Assembly (NCBI GenBank): GCA_964644565.1
Contig: CAZXWO010000003.1
Location: 4,613 to 68,612, forward strand
Length of the DNA stretch: 64,000 nucleotides
DNA from: an uncultured Thermoplasmata archaeon
GTDB lineage: Archaea; Thermoplasmatota; Thermoplasmata; UBA10834
Reading direction: 5' to 3'
Position numbers and translations under genes: made by a program. The notes under the pieces are model-generated. The model was not told the DNA's origin. It did not search any database and saw only the letters and a list, made by a program, of their open reading frames with translations. Each line of letters opens with the position of its first letter. Position 1 is the stretch's first letter. Of the stretch, positions 53,642 through 62,184 are shown piece by piece.

Positions 53642-54298
53642 ATGAGTCCGAGGAAGGTCTACATGAACGAGCTCGCAGAGCTTGACGAACTTGTGACGGT
53701 CATGGCCAGGAAGACCAGTGAGGCGATCGAACTGGCCGTGAGGTCCTTTGAGAAGCGCGACCTGGAGATGGTAGAGCGCGTCGAAAGGCTCGACAAGGAG
53801 CTGTACGAACTGAACATAGACATCGAGAAGAGGTGCCTGGAAATCATCGCACTTCAGTCCCCGGTCGCCAAGGACCTCAGGACCATCGGGACGTATCTCA
53901 AGGTCATCACCGATTTCGACAGGATAGGCAGATACGCCTGGGACATCGCAGAGGTCACCGCGCACTCCATCGAGACCGCCCATTTCAAACCCCTCGTCAG
54001 CATCCCGCACATGGCGCAGATGGCTGAGGAGATGGTCGACCTGTCGGTCAAGGCATTCCTCGAGAGGGACACTGCGCCCACCGAGAAGGTCTTCGAACTC
54101 GAGGACAGGGTCGACTCGCTCTATGACGAGATCTTCAGGGAGGTCATCACATACATGATGGAGGACTCGAAGAAGATCACGCCTGGCATCAACTACATGC
54201 TGGTCGCCAGGTATCTTGAACGAATCGGGGACCACGCCTGCAACATCTCGGAGCGGGTGATCTACATGGTGACCGGGGAGAGGGTCGTCAAGGAGTAG
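53642..54298 (+). CDS. phoU: phosphate transport system regulator PhoU
   Basis: Has two PhoU repeats with ExxxD motifs, ending in RYLERIGDHACNISERV. Confidence 0.9.
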   Translation: MSPRKVYMNELAELDELVTVMARKTSEAIELAVRSFEKRDLEMVERVERLDKELYELNIDIEKRCLEIIALQSPVAKDLRTIGTYLKVITDFDRIGRYAWDIAEVTAHSIETAHFKPLVSIPHMAQMAEEMVDLSVKAFLERDTAPTEKVFELEDRVDSLYDEIFREVITYMMEDSKKITPGINYMLVARYLERIGDHACNISERVIYMVTGERVVKE

Positions 54299-54418
54299 GC
54301 CCGCCGTTGAGGCCGGCGGCTGTGCGTCCCAGCCCAGCGTCCGCTAGTGGTCAGAGGCTGAACCGAGCCTTATGACGGAAGCCGATTGCCGTCCCTGTAC
54401 TGGCCTTCCCGTCCCCGG

Positions 54419-55834
54419 TCAAGGACCGCGTATCTTCCTCGCCGCGTTCTCAGCGGCCTTGATCAACGGGTAGGCGGTCGGAGGGGCGGTCAGCAGCGGG
54501 TGGGTCCCGATCTGGGAACTCAGTATCGAATCGACGGTCATCCTGTTCTGGATCATGAACCCGATCAGGTTGACCAGCTCACCCGCGCTGGCCCCCGATA
54601 GGACCTCGCCGCCCAGGACGGCGCCCGAGTCCCTCGCGACGACCAGTTTTATCAGCTGCCTGTGGACTCCCGGCAGCGTGCTCGGGTGCTTGTCGACGCC
54701 GTCGAAGACGCCCGTCACGATCTCGAACCCCTCACGCTTGGCGACAGACTCCGTCAGTCCGGCCGAGCCGAACCCATGGTCCCCTATCGCCGTGGAGAAT
54801 ATCGCGATGGTCCCTCTGAACGTCTTGACGACCGAGAGCCCGAAGAGGTTCATGCCGGCGATCCTGGCCTCGGTGGACGCAGTCGAAGCGAGCATCAGTC
54901 CGGAGACCTTCCTAGTCGAGAAGTCCCGCTTCTCCGCACAGTCTCCCACAGCGAATATGTTCGGGTCTTCTGTCCGCATGTACTCGTCGACGCGGATGAA
55001 GCCCATCTCGTTGAGTGGTATCTTCGAGAGATCGGCGACGGAGGTGTTGGGTTTGTACCCCATCGCGAGTATGACCGCCTCGGCATCCAATCTCTCGCCG
55101 TTCTGCAGCAGCACACCCTCGACACGCTCCTTCCCGACGATCTCCTTGACACCTATGCCAGTCCTGAGCTTCACTCCCCTCTCGACCACGATCTTCTCGA
55201 TCTCAGTCGCGAGGTCCTTGTCGAATGCCAGGCCGAGTATGTGAGGCAGGATCTCGACTATCGTCACTTCCTTGCCGGCCTTGTTGAGTTCGTCGGCCAG
55301 CTCGACGCCGATGAAGCCCCCGCCCACGACGACGACCTTCCTCAGCTTGTCGAGCGAGGCGAACAGCATGTCGAGGTACTCCTTCTCCTTCTTTATCACG
55401 TGGACGTTCTTGAGCTCCGCGCCCTTGAGCCACTTTGGCACCACGGGATATGACCCCAGCGCCAGCACGAGGCGGTCATAGCCGAGTTTCGATCCGTCCA
55501 CCATCTCGCACACCCGGGCCCCCCTGTCGATGGACTTCAGCTCGCCCGTGAGAAGCCCGATGCCAGCCTTCGTCAGCCTGTCGTTGGGGAGCAGGTTCTT
55601 CTCGACCCCGTTCAGGGTCCCGAAGATGTACGGGATGCCACAGGGGACCATCGAATGGTTCTCGTTGCTGACAATCACGAACTCCTTGTCCGGGAAGCTG
55701 GCCTTGCCCGTCATCGCCGCGAGGCTGCCAGCCGGTCCGCCGCCTACAACTAGGACGTCTGTCTTCTTCAAGGTATCACCGGGCAGGCCCTGGCCCAGGA
55801 GGACACAACAATCCTCCCCTGAGGGCGCTGCCAT
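54419..55834 (-). CDS. pyridine nucleotide-disulfide oxidoreductase (NADH oxidase / CoA-disulfide reductase family)
   Basis: VLVVGGGPAGS is the FAD motif, VPCGIPY the redox Cys, VVVVGGGFIGVE the NAD motif and FAVGDC is also present. The N-terminal start is uncertain. Confidence 0.85.
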   Translation of the reverse strand: MAAPSGEDCCVLLGQGLPGDTLKKTDVLVVGGGPAGSLAAMTGKASFPDKEFVIVSNENHSMVPCGIPYIFGTLNGVEKNLLPNDRLTKAGIGLLTGELKSIDRGARVCEMVDGSKLGYDRLVLALGSYPVVPKWLKGAELKNVHVIKKEKEYLDMLFASLDKLRKVVVVGGGFIGVELADELNKAGKEVTIVEILPHILGLAFDKDLATEIEKIVVERGVKLRTGIGVKEIVGKERVEGVLLQNGERLDAEAVILAMGYKPNTSVADLSKIPLNEMGFIRVDEYMRTEDPNIFAVGDCAEKRDFSTRKVSGLMLASTASTEARIAGMNLFGLSVVKTFRGTIAIFSTAIGDHGFGSAGLTESVAKREGFEIVTGVFDGVDKHPSTLPGVHRQLIKLVVARDSGAVLGGEVLSGASAGELVNLIGFMIQNRMTVDSILSSQIGTHPLLTAPPTAYPLIKAAENAARKIRGP

Positions 55835-56135
55835 CGGTTCGATGAGGATTTCAATCTTAAACTATTCGGCTGACATGTAATCCGTGAGCGGCCTCCGCGG
55901 CAGTGCTGGCGACCTGCATATCCACGGGGAGGGGCGCAGGGGTACGTCTCACCTCATGAGGCTGGGACAATAGCAGGCGTGAGCAGCATAACCGCGACGA
56001 ATCGAACTGACGATTCTGAGGCAGCGAGAACGAGACGCCAGGCCGGGCGGATCTGCAGTCGGGTTGGAAAATCGTGAAAAGGGTTTACGAATCAATACGA
56101 ATTGAACGAATAATTCATGAAAATGAACTGAACGA

Positions 56136-56321
56136 TCAGAACGTGTCTCTTCGCGGGGGTCTGTGCTTCTGGAAGCAGGTCTGGCAGTATACAGGTCTTC
56201 CCTCTGTAGGCTTGAAGGGTACCTCTGACTCTGCGCCGCAGTCGGAGCACTTTATCTTGTGCATCTCCCTGGGGCCAGAGTCGTATCTGCGGCTGCCGCC
56301 TCCGTACGAGCCGTAACTCAT
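56136..56321 (-). CDS. CxxC-x17-CxxC zinc-finger domain protein with Gly/Ser/Tyr/Arg-rich N-terminus
   Basis: The sequence is CSDC-(GAESEVPFKPTEGRPVY, exactly 17 residues)-CQTC. The start is taken at MSYGSYGG (56321), and the track ORF extends to 56366. Confidence 0.72.
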   Translation of the reverse strand: MSYGSYGGGSRRYDSGPREMHKIKCSDCGAESEVPFKPTEGRPVYCQTCFQKHRPPRRDTF

Positions 56322-56583
56322 TGCTTTATCTCTCCTTTCTTGCCTGTGAGCGCAATCTGCACTCACTGCGATTGAGTCTTAGCAAGTTCAACTACAAGTA
56401 ATGATGCCTGCCACATAGATATCAGGAGGCGAGAACGATGGCGCTGATGTCCACGCGGTCCAAAGAGCGCTCACGTCCTATCCTTCTTCGAACGCTCGAA
56501 TCAAGCTGGAGAAGGACCGCGCACGGGGGCTCTTCCATCCCGTGCCGGAGAGAGCCACCGAAAGCAGATCCTGTCATCCATAG

Positions 56584-56909
56584 AGACTGTGCGCGTATGC
56601 ACGGCTGGTGCCGACCGTGAGCCAGTCGACATCATCCATCAAGTATGGATGCATCAGCAAGGACGGTTCCGCGTACCTCAGGTGGGTCCTCACGGAGTCC
56701 GTCCACGTCCACACGCGATACGAACCAGTATCACAACTCTCGCGATCCATGCGAAGGTCGCGAAGCGGCGAGGAAGGCGCGTTGCCACCGTTGCGGCCTC
56801 GAGGAAGCTCCTCCGGGTCATCTACTGGATGCTCCCGCCTCGGTTCCGTGGCGTCCCCGCGCACAATTCGATGCATCTCTCCGAAGTTCCTAACGCCGAT
56901 GACTATTAA
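56584..56909 (+). pseudogene. IS110-family transposase C-terminal remnant (5'-truncated and frameshifted)
   Basis: One frame reads AYARLVPTVSQSTSSIKYGCISKDGSAYLRWVLTESVHVHTRY. Another frame continues with HAKVAKRRGRRVATVAASRKLLRVIYWML. A stop lies at 56581 and there is no N-terminal DEDD domain. Confidence 0.6.
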
Positions 56910-56944
56910 TGACCGCGGTCCGATTTCCCTAACGGTAATCGGAG

Positions 56945-57862
56945 ATGTGGTCACCGGACGACCTCGACATCCGGATCATCAAACTGATGGCTTCCCCGCA
57001 CTCGTTTCAGTGGGACGTTCGAATTTCCTATGCGAACGTGGCCAAAGATCTAGCCATAGACGAGGAGACGGTCCGGAACCGGCTGCGGCGAATGAGCGAG
57101 GCAGGGTTCCTGCAGGGGTGGCAGCTCATCCTCAACCCGATTCTGCTTGGTCGGGAGGCGGCCATCGTGGAGCTGGAAGTCAACGGTCCGGAAACGAAGG
57201 CCGAGGTGATTCCGCGACTCGGCTCCCTGGAGGGCGTGACGCTCATCAATGACTTCTATGGCAGTGAACTCGCAGTCCACCTCTTGTACGAGAGTGAAGA
57301 CGCCCTGACGAGACAGGTCCAACTGATTGCCTCCTTATGCCGTTGCCCGACCCCGGTTTGGTGGAGACTCGGCTTCCCTTCTTGCGAGCTGACCCCCACG
57401 AAGGCGGACTGGAGAATCGTCCAAGCACTGCGGATGAACGCGAGAGGTAGTCTGTCGGACGTCGCCCACAGCCTGCAACTCTCGCCTCGGACCGTCAAGA
57501 GGCGCATGAAGAGAATGGTGGAAGGAAACGCATTCTACCTCGACCCTCTGCTGAACGTGGGGATGGTCGGCGGTGTGCGATGCCGGTTCTGGATCGTCTG
57601 CGATGCGGGCAAGAAGCAGGCAGTCGACGCGAAGGTCATGTCTACACTCAAGAGGATTATCTCGACCCACACGGCGCCGCAGGAATACTCACTTTTCGTC
57701 GTCCACTGCGCAAATGCCTCGGAGCTACAAGAGATTTCGCTATGGCTGAGAAAGCAGGACGGTGTCAAGGAAGTCCGGTCGAATATCGATGTGGAGCATG
57801 TACACGTTCAAGGATGGATTGCCGGGGAGATTGAGAAACGGCTGTCGACGCCGGCGATCTAG
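56945..57862 (+). CDS. tandem Lrp/AsnC-type transcription regulator (two HTH + two RAM-like modules)
   Basis: The two HTH modules are DIRIIKLM...ANVAKDLAIDEETVRNRLRRMSEAGFL and DWRIVQALRMNARGSLSDVAHSLQLSPRTVKRRMKRMVEGNAF. Confidence 0.75.
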   Translation: MWSPDDLDIRIIKLMASPHSFQWDVRISYANVAKDLAIDEETVRNRLRRMSEAGFLQGWQLILNPILLGREAAIVELEVNGPETKAEVIPRLGSLEGVTLINDFYGSELAVHLLYESEDALTRQVQLIASLCRCPTPVWWRLGFPSCELTPTKADWRIVQALRMNARGSLSDVAHSLQLSPRTVKRRMKRMVEGNAFYLDPLLNVGMVGGVRCRFWIVCDAGKKQAVDAKVMSTLKRIISTHTAPQEYSLFVVHCANASELQEISLWLRKQDGVKEVRSNIDVEHVHVQGWIAGEIEKRLSTPAI

Positions 57863-58218
57863 CGTGCACATCGATTCTACAGGAAGCCCGCCGGACAACC
57901 TTTGACAGGGAGTTTGTGTATCAATGACAAGGTAGGTCGGAACAACCTCACGCAATCACATCAAATCCGAATCCAGCTCAATCCGAGAGAAGATGAAGAG
58001 GAGAGAAGCAAGAAAGGAGTCTGGCCCGTTTGCTGGTTCCCAATATTGATGGTTCTTGGTGCAGACAAAGTGAGCCCGCAGTGGTAGCTTCATGGAATAG
58101 ACTTATCTCCTGCAGAAGGGATGACCGGACGAAGGAATTGAAGTAAACGAGATGCTCGAGGCAGAAGACACGACAGTTGAAAGAGCATAATCGTTGGAGA
58201 AGAGGAAACGTCAGAGAG

Positions 58219-58428
58219 ATGATCGATATGAGCGACAGGCAAAAGATAGTCTCTATGCTCAGCATCGTTGACGGAGAAAGAGAGAGCATAGAAACGATAG
58301 TTGAGACAATAGAGAAATTCTTCGAAGACCTCCATCTTGAGATTGAGGATTGGAAGATCTCTATGGAAGATTTCAGCGAAGGCACCCGTGTCTTCGTCCG
58401 GTTTCAGATAATCGTGAAGAAGCGGTGA
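58219..58428 (+). CDS. small Trp-centred acidic protein, paralog 1 (amphi-Trp-domain-like)
   Basis: Paralogous to 61225..61416 (EIEDWKISMEDFSEGTRV vs EMEQWKFSIDDTKEGLRV). GGAGAAGAGGA lies upstream. Start options are 58177 (TTG), 58219 and 58228. Confidence 0.55.
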   Translation: MIDMSDRQKIVSMLSIVDGERESIETIVETIEKFFEDLHLEIEDWKISMEDFSEGTRVFVRFQIIVKKR

Positions 58429-59243
58429 TTTTCTTGACCCCTGAAGCAAGGAAGAAAAGAGGTAAAGAACCCCAAGAAGAAGAGGCAGCCACACCTGATC
58501 ATATTCGCCTCAACCCCGAGGATTGGGAAGACCCAGCCGGGCGGAGAATCATTGAATGCCACAAGAACAGTACCCATGAGACCGATGCGAAGAACGAGTC
58601 CGATCTCGATGCATTTCAGCAGGAGTGGAATACTAAGAGAGGCGGTCAAACCGCTAGTGAATATCACAAACAGGGCGCACCCTATATGGAACCTCAGTCA
58701 GTAGAGGAAGGCCGTGAACCCCGAACGAAGGTCGCTAGCAGTGACAGTGATAGGCCACGCGACGTCCACGTAGCGACCGACTCGCATCGCAGTCAATCGT
58801 TGACCAGACAGCCATTCTTGAAGCGGGTCTTGGATATCTCCACTATCGAAGTGATGGCGTTCACTGTCTTCCGAGCGATGTTCGGGAAGGGTGTCCGGGT
58901 ACCATTGAAGATCGAAGGCTCCATGGACATGGATATCGTGGTGAAGGACACCGATGTCGTCATCAATACCAACAATGTCACATTCCAGCCGCCGAAACTG
59001 CAGGTCTGGCATTTCATCTTTGCCTACAAAGGCAAGCCTGTGCTGGAGTACGGTCGCGGTATCGAACGTGTCAAGGTTCACTACTACCACGCATTCGTTA
59101 TGCTTGTTGCGATGTGGTGGGGCGGCAAGAAGAAGAGGAGAGCCGAGAAGAAGGCCGACGAAGCAAGAGATGTGGAATTGACCCGCTACGCTGCAGGTAA
59201 CGAAAGGCCAGATGAAGAGAATGGTACAGGTCGAGACCAGTGA
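58425..59243 (+). CDS. hypothetical protein (charged N-terminal half, beta-rich C-terminal half, short hydrophobic helix and basic tail)
   Basis: The frame is open from 58350. A GTG at 58425 overlaps the upstream stop (GTGA), and its own TGA overlaps the kinase GTG (GTGA). An alternative ATG is at 58686. No family was recognised. Confidence 0.45.
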   Translation: MIFLTPEARKKRGKEPQEEEAATPDHIRLNPEDWEDPAGRRIIECHKNSTHETDAKNESDLDAFQQEWNTKRGGQTASEYHKQGAPYMEPQSVEEGREPRTKVASSDSDRPRDVHVATDSHRSQSLTRQPFLKRVLDISTIEVMAFTVFRAMFGKGVRVPLKIEGSMDMDIVVKDTDVVINTNNVTFQPPKLQVWHFIFAYKGKPVLEYGRGIERVKVHYYHAFVMLVAMWWGGKKKRRAEKKADEARDVELTRYAAGNERPDEENGTGRDQ

Positions 59244-60079
59244 TTGCCGCACCGACAGTAATTCCAGGTATCGAGACCCGCCGTGCATTCTTCCGCAAAG
59301 CCCTCCATTGTATCCGCCAGATAATGGCTGAGGAATACGGAATGAAGGATGTCTCGATCCGGCCAACCGATGCGAATGCCGCCCGACTTTCCATACCCAT
59401 AACGATCTCAGGTCAGGACAGGAATGGCGAAGAGGTCCGTTATTTCGGCAAGATCATCGGTAGCAGCGACAACTTGTCCGCCCGCTCATTCCAGTTCTTC
59501 AAGAACGTCTATCTAGAGATCAACGCCCAATACCCCATCTTCGAGACCTATCAGACGTCAGAGGACATGGCCCGGGACCAGTTCACGATGATGAAGGCAA
59601 TTCACAACTGCGGAATACCGACACCCCACCCCTATGGATATCATTGGATAAGTGGTAGCCTGTGGTTGATAGCGATGGAATACCTCGATGCAAAACCTAT
59701 CTCTGCATTCAAGGAGTTGGAGACTGATCAGATCGACACGGTCTTCCAATATCTGAAGAAACTACATCATGAGAAGGTATATCATGGAGACCTCAAACCG
59801 GATAATATCATGATTGGGAAGGAGATCTACATCCTCGACGTTGGGCACTTGCGAAAGAGCGCCTCCGCCGCCAGGAAACAGGCCTACGATCTCGCCTGCT
59901 TGCTGTGCTCATTCCTGGAGTATCAGAAGGTCGAGGAAATCGTTCGGATAGCTCAGCAACACTATTCCCCCAAGAATCTCCAAGCCGCCAGTGCATACAT
60001 CGAGCTTGTTCAGATGCGACCAGACATCCATTTCAGTGACGAGACCAAGAAGAAGTTGCTCGTTCACTTGAGTGGCTGA
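59240..60079 (+). CDS. atypical protein kinase-fold protein (RIO/Bud32/Kdo-kinase-like, no activation loop)
   Basis: The catalytic loop YHGDLKPDNIMI is at 59783-59806 for HGDLKPDN. The metal-binding motif is ILDVG (DVG for DFG), and a candidate beta3 Lys is in RYFGKIIG. Confidence 0.7.
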   Translation: MIAAPTVIPGIETRRAFFRKALHCIRQIMAEEYGMKDVSIRPTDANAARLSIPITISGQDRNGEEVRYFGKIIGSSDNLSARSFQFFKNVYLEINAQYPIFETYQTSEDMARDQFTMMKAIHNCGIPTPHPYGYHWISGSLWLIAMEYLDAKPISAFKELETDQIDTVFQYLKKLHHEKVYHGDLKPDNIMIGKEIYILDVGHLRKSASAARKQAYDLACLLCSFLEYQKVEEIVRIAQQHYSPKNLQAASAYIELVQMRPDIHFSDETKKKLLVHLSG

Positions 60080-60226
60080 TCACACCCCTGCACGATCATG
60101 TCCCCTCACGGGGCGATTCCATTGAACGATCATCTGCTGCTGTACAGTGATTGAACCCGCCTTTCGACGACCTGCGCAACGACCGGCCAACAGACGAGCC
60201 TCTGGGCAAATTCATCAGAGGCCGGG

Positions 60227-60778
60227 TCACTGTTGCTTTGGCTGCTGTGAGTAAGAAAGTCGCCCAAGGCGCTGACTGAGCAGCTCCTGCAGATTGTTGG
60301 GGTGGGAAATCGTCTCGATCTTGAGCATGTCTTCACCGGTGTCAATCTCGAGGGTTCCGAAATGTAGCACGCGCTCGAGGAGGTTCTGACGAAGGTCGAC
60401 ACTCTTGAACTGGGTATAGGGGACCATCTGTGTTCTCTTGCTCAGGATTCCGTCCTTGCGGACGACCTTGTTGTCTGTGATCAAATACAGCGTAGTCAAG
60501 CGCTTCAGCTCGCCACCGATTAAGCACAAGAGAGCGATGAAGAGGAAGAATAGCGCGACAACTACGTCAAGGGAAAGTCCCATTACGGAGTTCTCCACAT
60601 CGATGTAGTCCTTGATCGGGCTGAGAAGCAAGATGCCCACCGCCAGGGCCAAGGAAATGAACATCAGCAGGTAGTACTTGAACCCGATTAGCCGCGTGGG
60701 CCGAATCCTGTCCAGAGTCTTCTCATCGCCATGGACTGGTTCTTGGACCGTTGCGGGTGTCGAGGTCGGAGAGCTCAT
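60227..60778 (-). CDS. bacterial-type PH (bPH_2/YdbS-like) domain membrane protein
   Basis: Two TM helices are followed by LYLITDNKVVRKDGILSKRTQMVPYTQFKSVDLRQNLLERVLHFGTLEIDTG. Confidence 0.75.
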   Translation of the reverse strand: MSSPTSTPATVQEPVHGDEKTLDRIRPTRLIGFKYYLLMFISLALAVGILLLSPIKDYIDVENSVMGLSLDVVVALFFLFIALLCLIGGELKRLTTLYLITDNKVVRKDGILSKRTQMVPYTQFKSVDLRQNLLERVLHFGTLEIDTGEDMLKIETISHPNNLQELLSQRLGRLSYSQQPKQQ

Positions 60779-61171
60779 GGATATGATACATCACCCAGAC
60801 TGTCATAAAGGTTCTCCTACGCTGCTCCGCCGATTCGGTCGCCATGGCAACAGCCCAATCCTGCGCATTACATCAACCTCACAGAACACACTCGTCAAAC
60901 CTCTGGATCCGGTCGATTCGAAATGTAGGTTCCGCGGTCGCGGCGACTATCGCCATTACGCTCACGCGCCAGTTCATTGTCACCTTCCCCACCTCAATTG
61001 CACCTAGAACCTATGGGCTTCGCTTCAGTTTCCTAGCGCATGCGAGGCTCGAAATGGCACCGTGACATTCCGAGACTATCAGACAAATCGTACGTCGCGA
61101 GACCTGGAAGCATCATCAGGAAGTCTAGAGCATCTTCAAGGAGGACAAATCGATGAGATGAAGTGAACACA

Positions 61172-61196
61172 CCGTCTGCAATGTGTGCAGACACGG
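61172..61196 (-). terminator. hairpin (GTCTGCA-n5-TGCAGAC, extended by CC/GG) about 30 nt downstream of the small paralog 2 gene
   Basis: The sequence ccgtctgca atgtg tgcagacacgg spans 61172-61196. A T-rich stretch follows on the minus strand. Confidence 0.3.
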
Positions 61197-61224
61197 AAAG
61201 CCAGAGAGTGCAAACCGGGCGTTC

Positions 61225-61416
61225 TCACTTTCTCTTCGGCGTATTCTTCGGTGTATGTTTAAAGAGAGACACAGCGTGAAGTTCCACACGTAGGCCCTCT
61301 TTCGTGTCATCAATGGAAAACTTCCACTGCTCCATCTCCGCGTTCATATCCTTGAACATCTTCTTCAGCTCTACGCTCTTCGCCCTGAGTCTGTTTGCCA
61401 TACTTACGTCTGCCAT
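61225..61416 (-). CDS. small Trp-centred protein, paralog 2 (amphi-Trp-domain-like)
   Basis: The sequence is MADVSMANRLRAKSVELKKMFKDMNAEMEQWKFSIDDTKEGLRVELHAVSLFKH, with a basic tail. It aligns with 58219..58428. Confidence 0.55.
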   Translation of the reverse strand: MADVSMANRLRAKSVELKKMFKDMNAEMEQWKFSIDDTKEGLRVELHAVSLFKHTPKNTPKRK

Positions 61417-61689
61417 AGTAGAATCCTCTGCCGGCTAAAGACTGAAGGGATTCTTCATTCTTAAGGATTTTGAGCATTGGAGTGAGGGATACGATTGAAT
61501 CTTCACCTGAATTGCAGCGTTTGTGCATATGATTTCCACCGCCCTCCCCAAGACAGTTGAAATAAGACCTCGTCGCTATTCGGAACACAAAATCGAACGA
61601 TGAAAAGGAATCACGGGCACGATTGGATGCTATGCAATTTCAAGGAGCGTTCATCGTTGGTCAAGAAGAACCACTTCGGGGGGAATTGA

Positions 61690-62184
61690 ATGGAGAGAGA
61701 CACCGAATTGGACGAGGAGGAAATTGACCGCATAGCAGGCCGAGTTGTCAAAGAGATTGAGGGAGCAAGCTCCAAGGACATGTCAAAGGCGACTTACGCA
61801 AGGAAGATACTGATTCTGACCGACCTCCATTACACGACAAGGCTACTCGATGAGGTGGCCACTGCTCCGTCTGAAGAAAGAGCTTTGATTGAGAAGAAAG
61901 CGGTGATCAAAGCACTTCTGCTTTCAACATGGATACAGAGACTGTATTTCATTATCAGAACTCTATATATGTCAATCATCGGTACGGTAATCACTGTTGC
62001 CTACATCATGTATTTCGGCAAGATAGGCACCTTCTTGGGACTGGTACTCGGAGTCATAACATTCGTGATATCAATGATGGTCACACGATTGTTCGATGCG
62101 CATATGGCCCGTGCCACACAGTACATCGTTCAGAAATTGAGCAAACACAAGAAGCTCAGGGATTTCATCATGAATCACTTCTGA
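61690..62184 (+). CDS. hypothetical membrane protein (acidic N-terminus, about 3 hydrophobic helices)
   Basis: It is the only sizeable ORF in the region. The hydrophobic segments are LLLSTWIQRLYFIIRTLYMSIIGTVITVAYIMYF and FLGLVLGVITFVISMMV. Confidence 0.5.
   Translation: MERDTELDEEEIDRIAGRVVKEIEGASSKDMSKATYARKILILTDLHYTTRLLDEVATAPSEERALIEKKAVIKALLLSTWIQRLYFIIRTLYMSIIGTVITVAYIMYFGKIGTFLGLVLGVITFVISMMVTRLFDAHMARATQYIVQKLSKHKKLRDFIMNHF

Noticed and set aside
55952-55961. Perfect 10-bp palindrome CCTCATGAGG and nearby GAATCG-n6-CGATTC in the spacer at the island's left edge
   Set aside because: These are short palindromes with no partner copy at the other end of the window. On their own they are insufficient to call an att site or operator.
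56074-56316. 80-aa plus-strand ORF
   Set aside because: It is antisense to the CxxC-x17-CxxC gene, whose exact cysteine spacing makes the minus-strand frame the credible one.
61310-61588. 92-aa minus-strand ORF overlapping the start of small paralog 2
   Set aside because: It is out of frame with, and overlaps, the gene supported by paralogy, and it has no motifs. It is more likely promoter or leader sequence.
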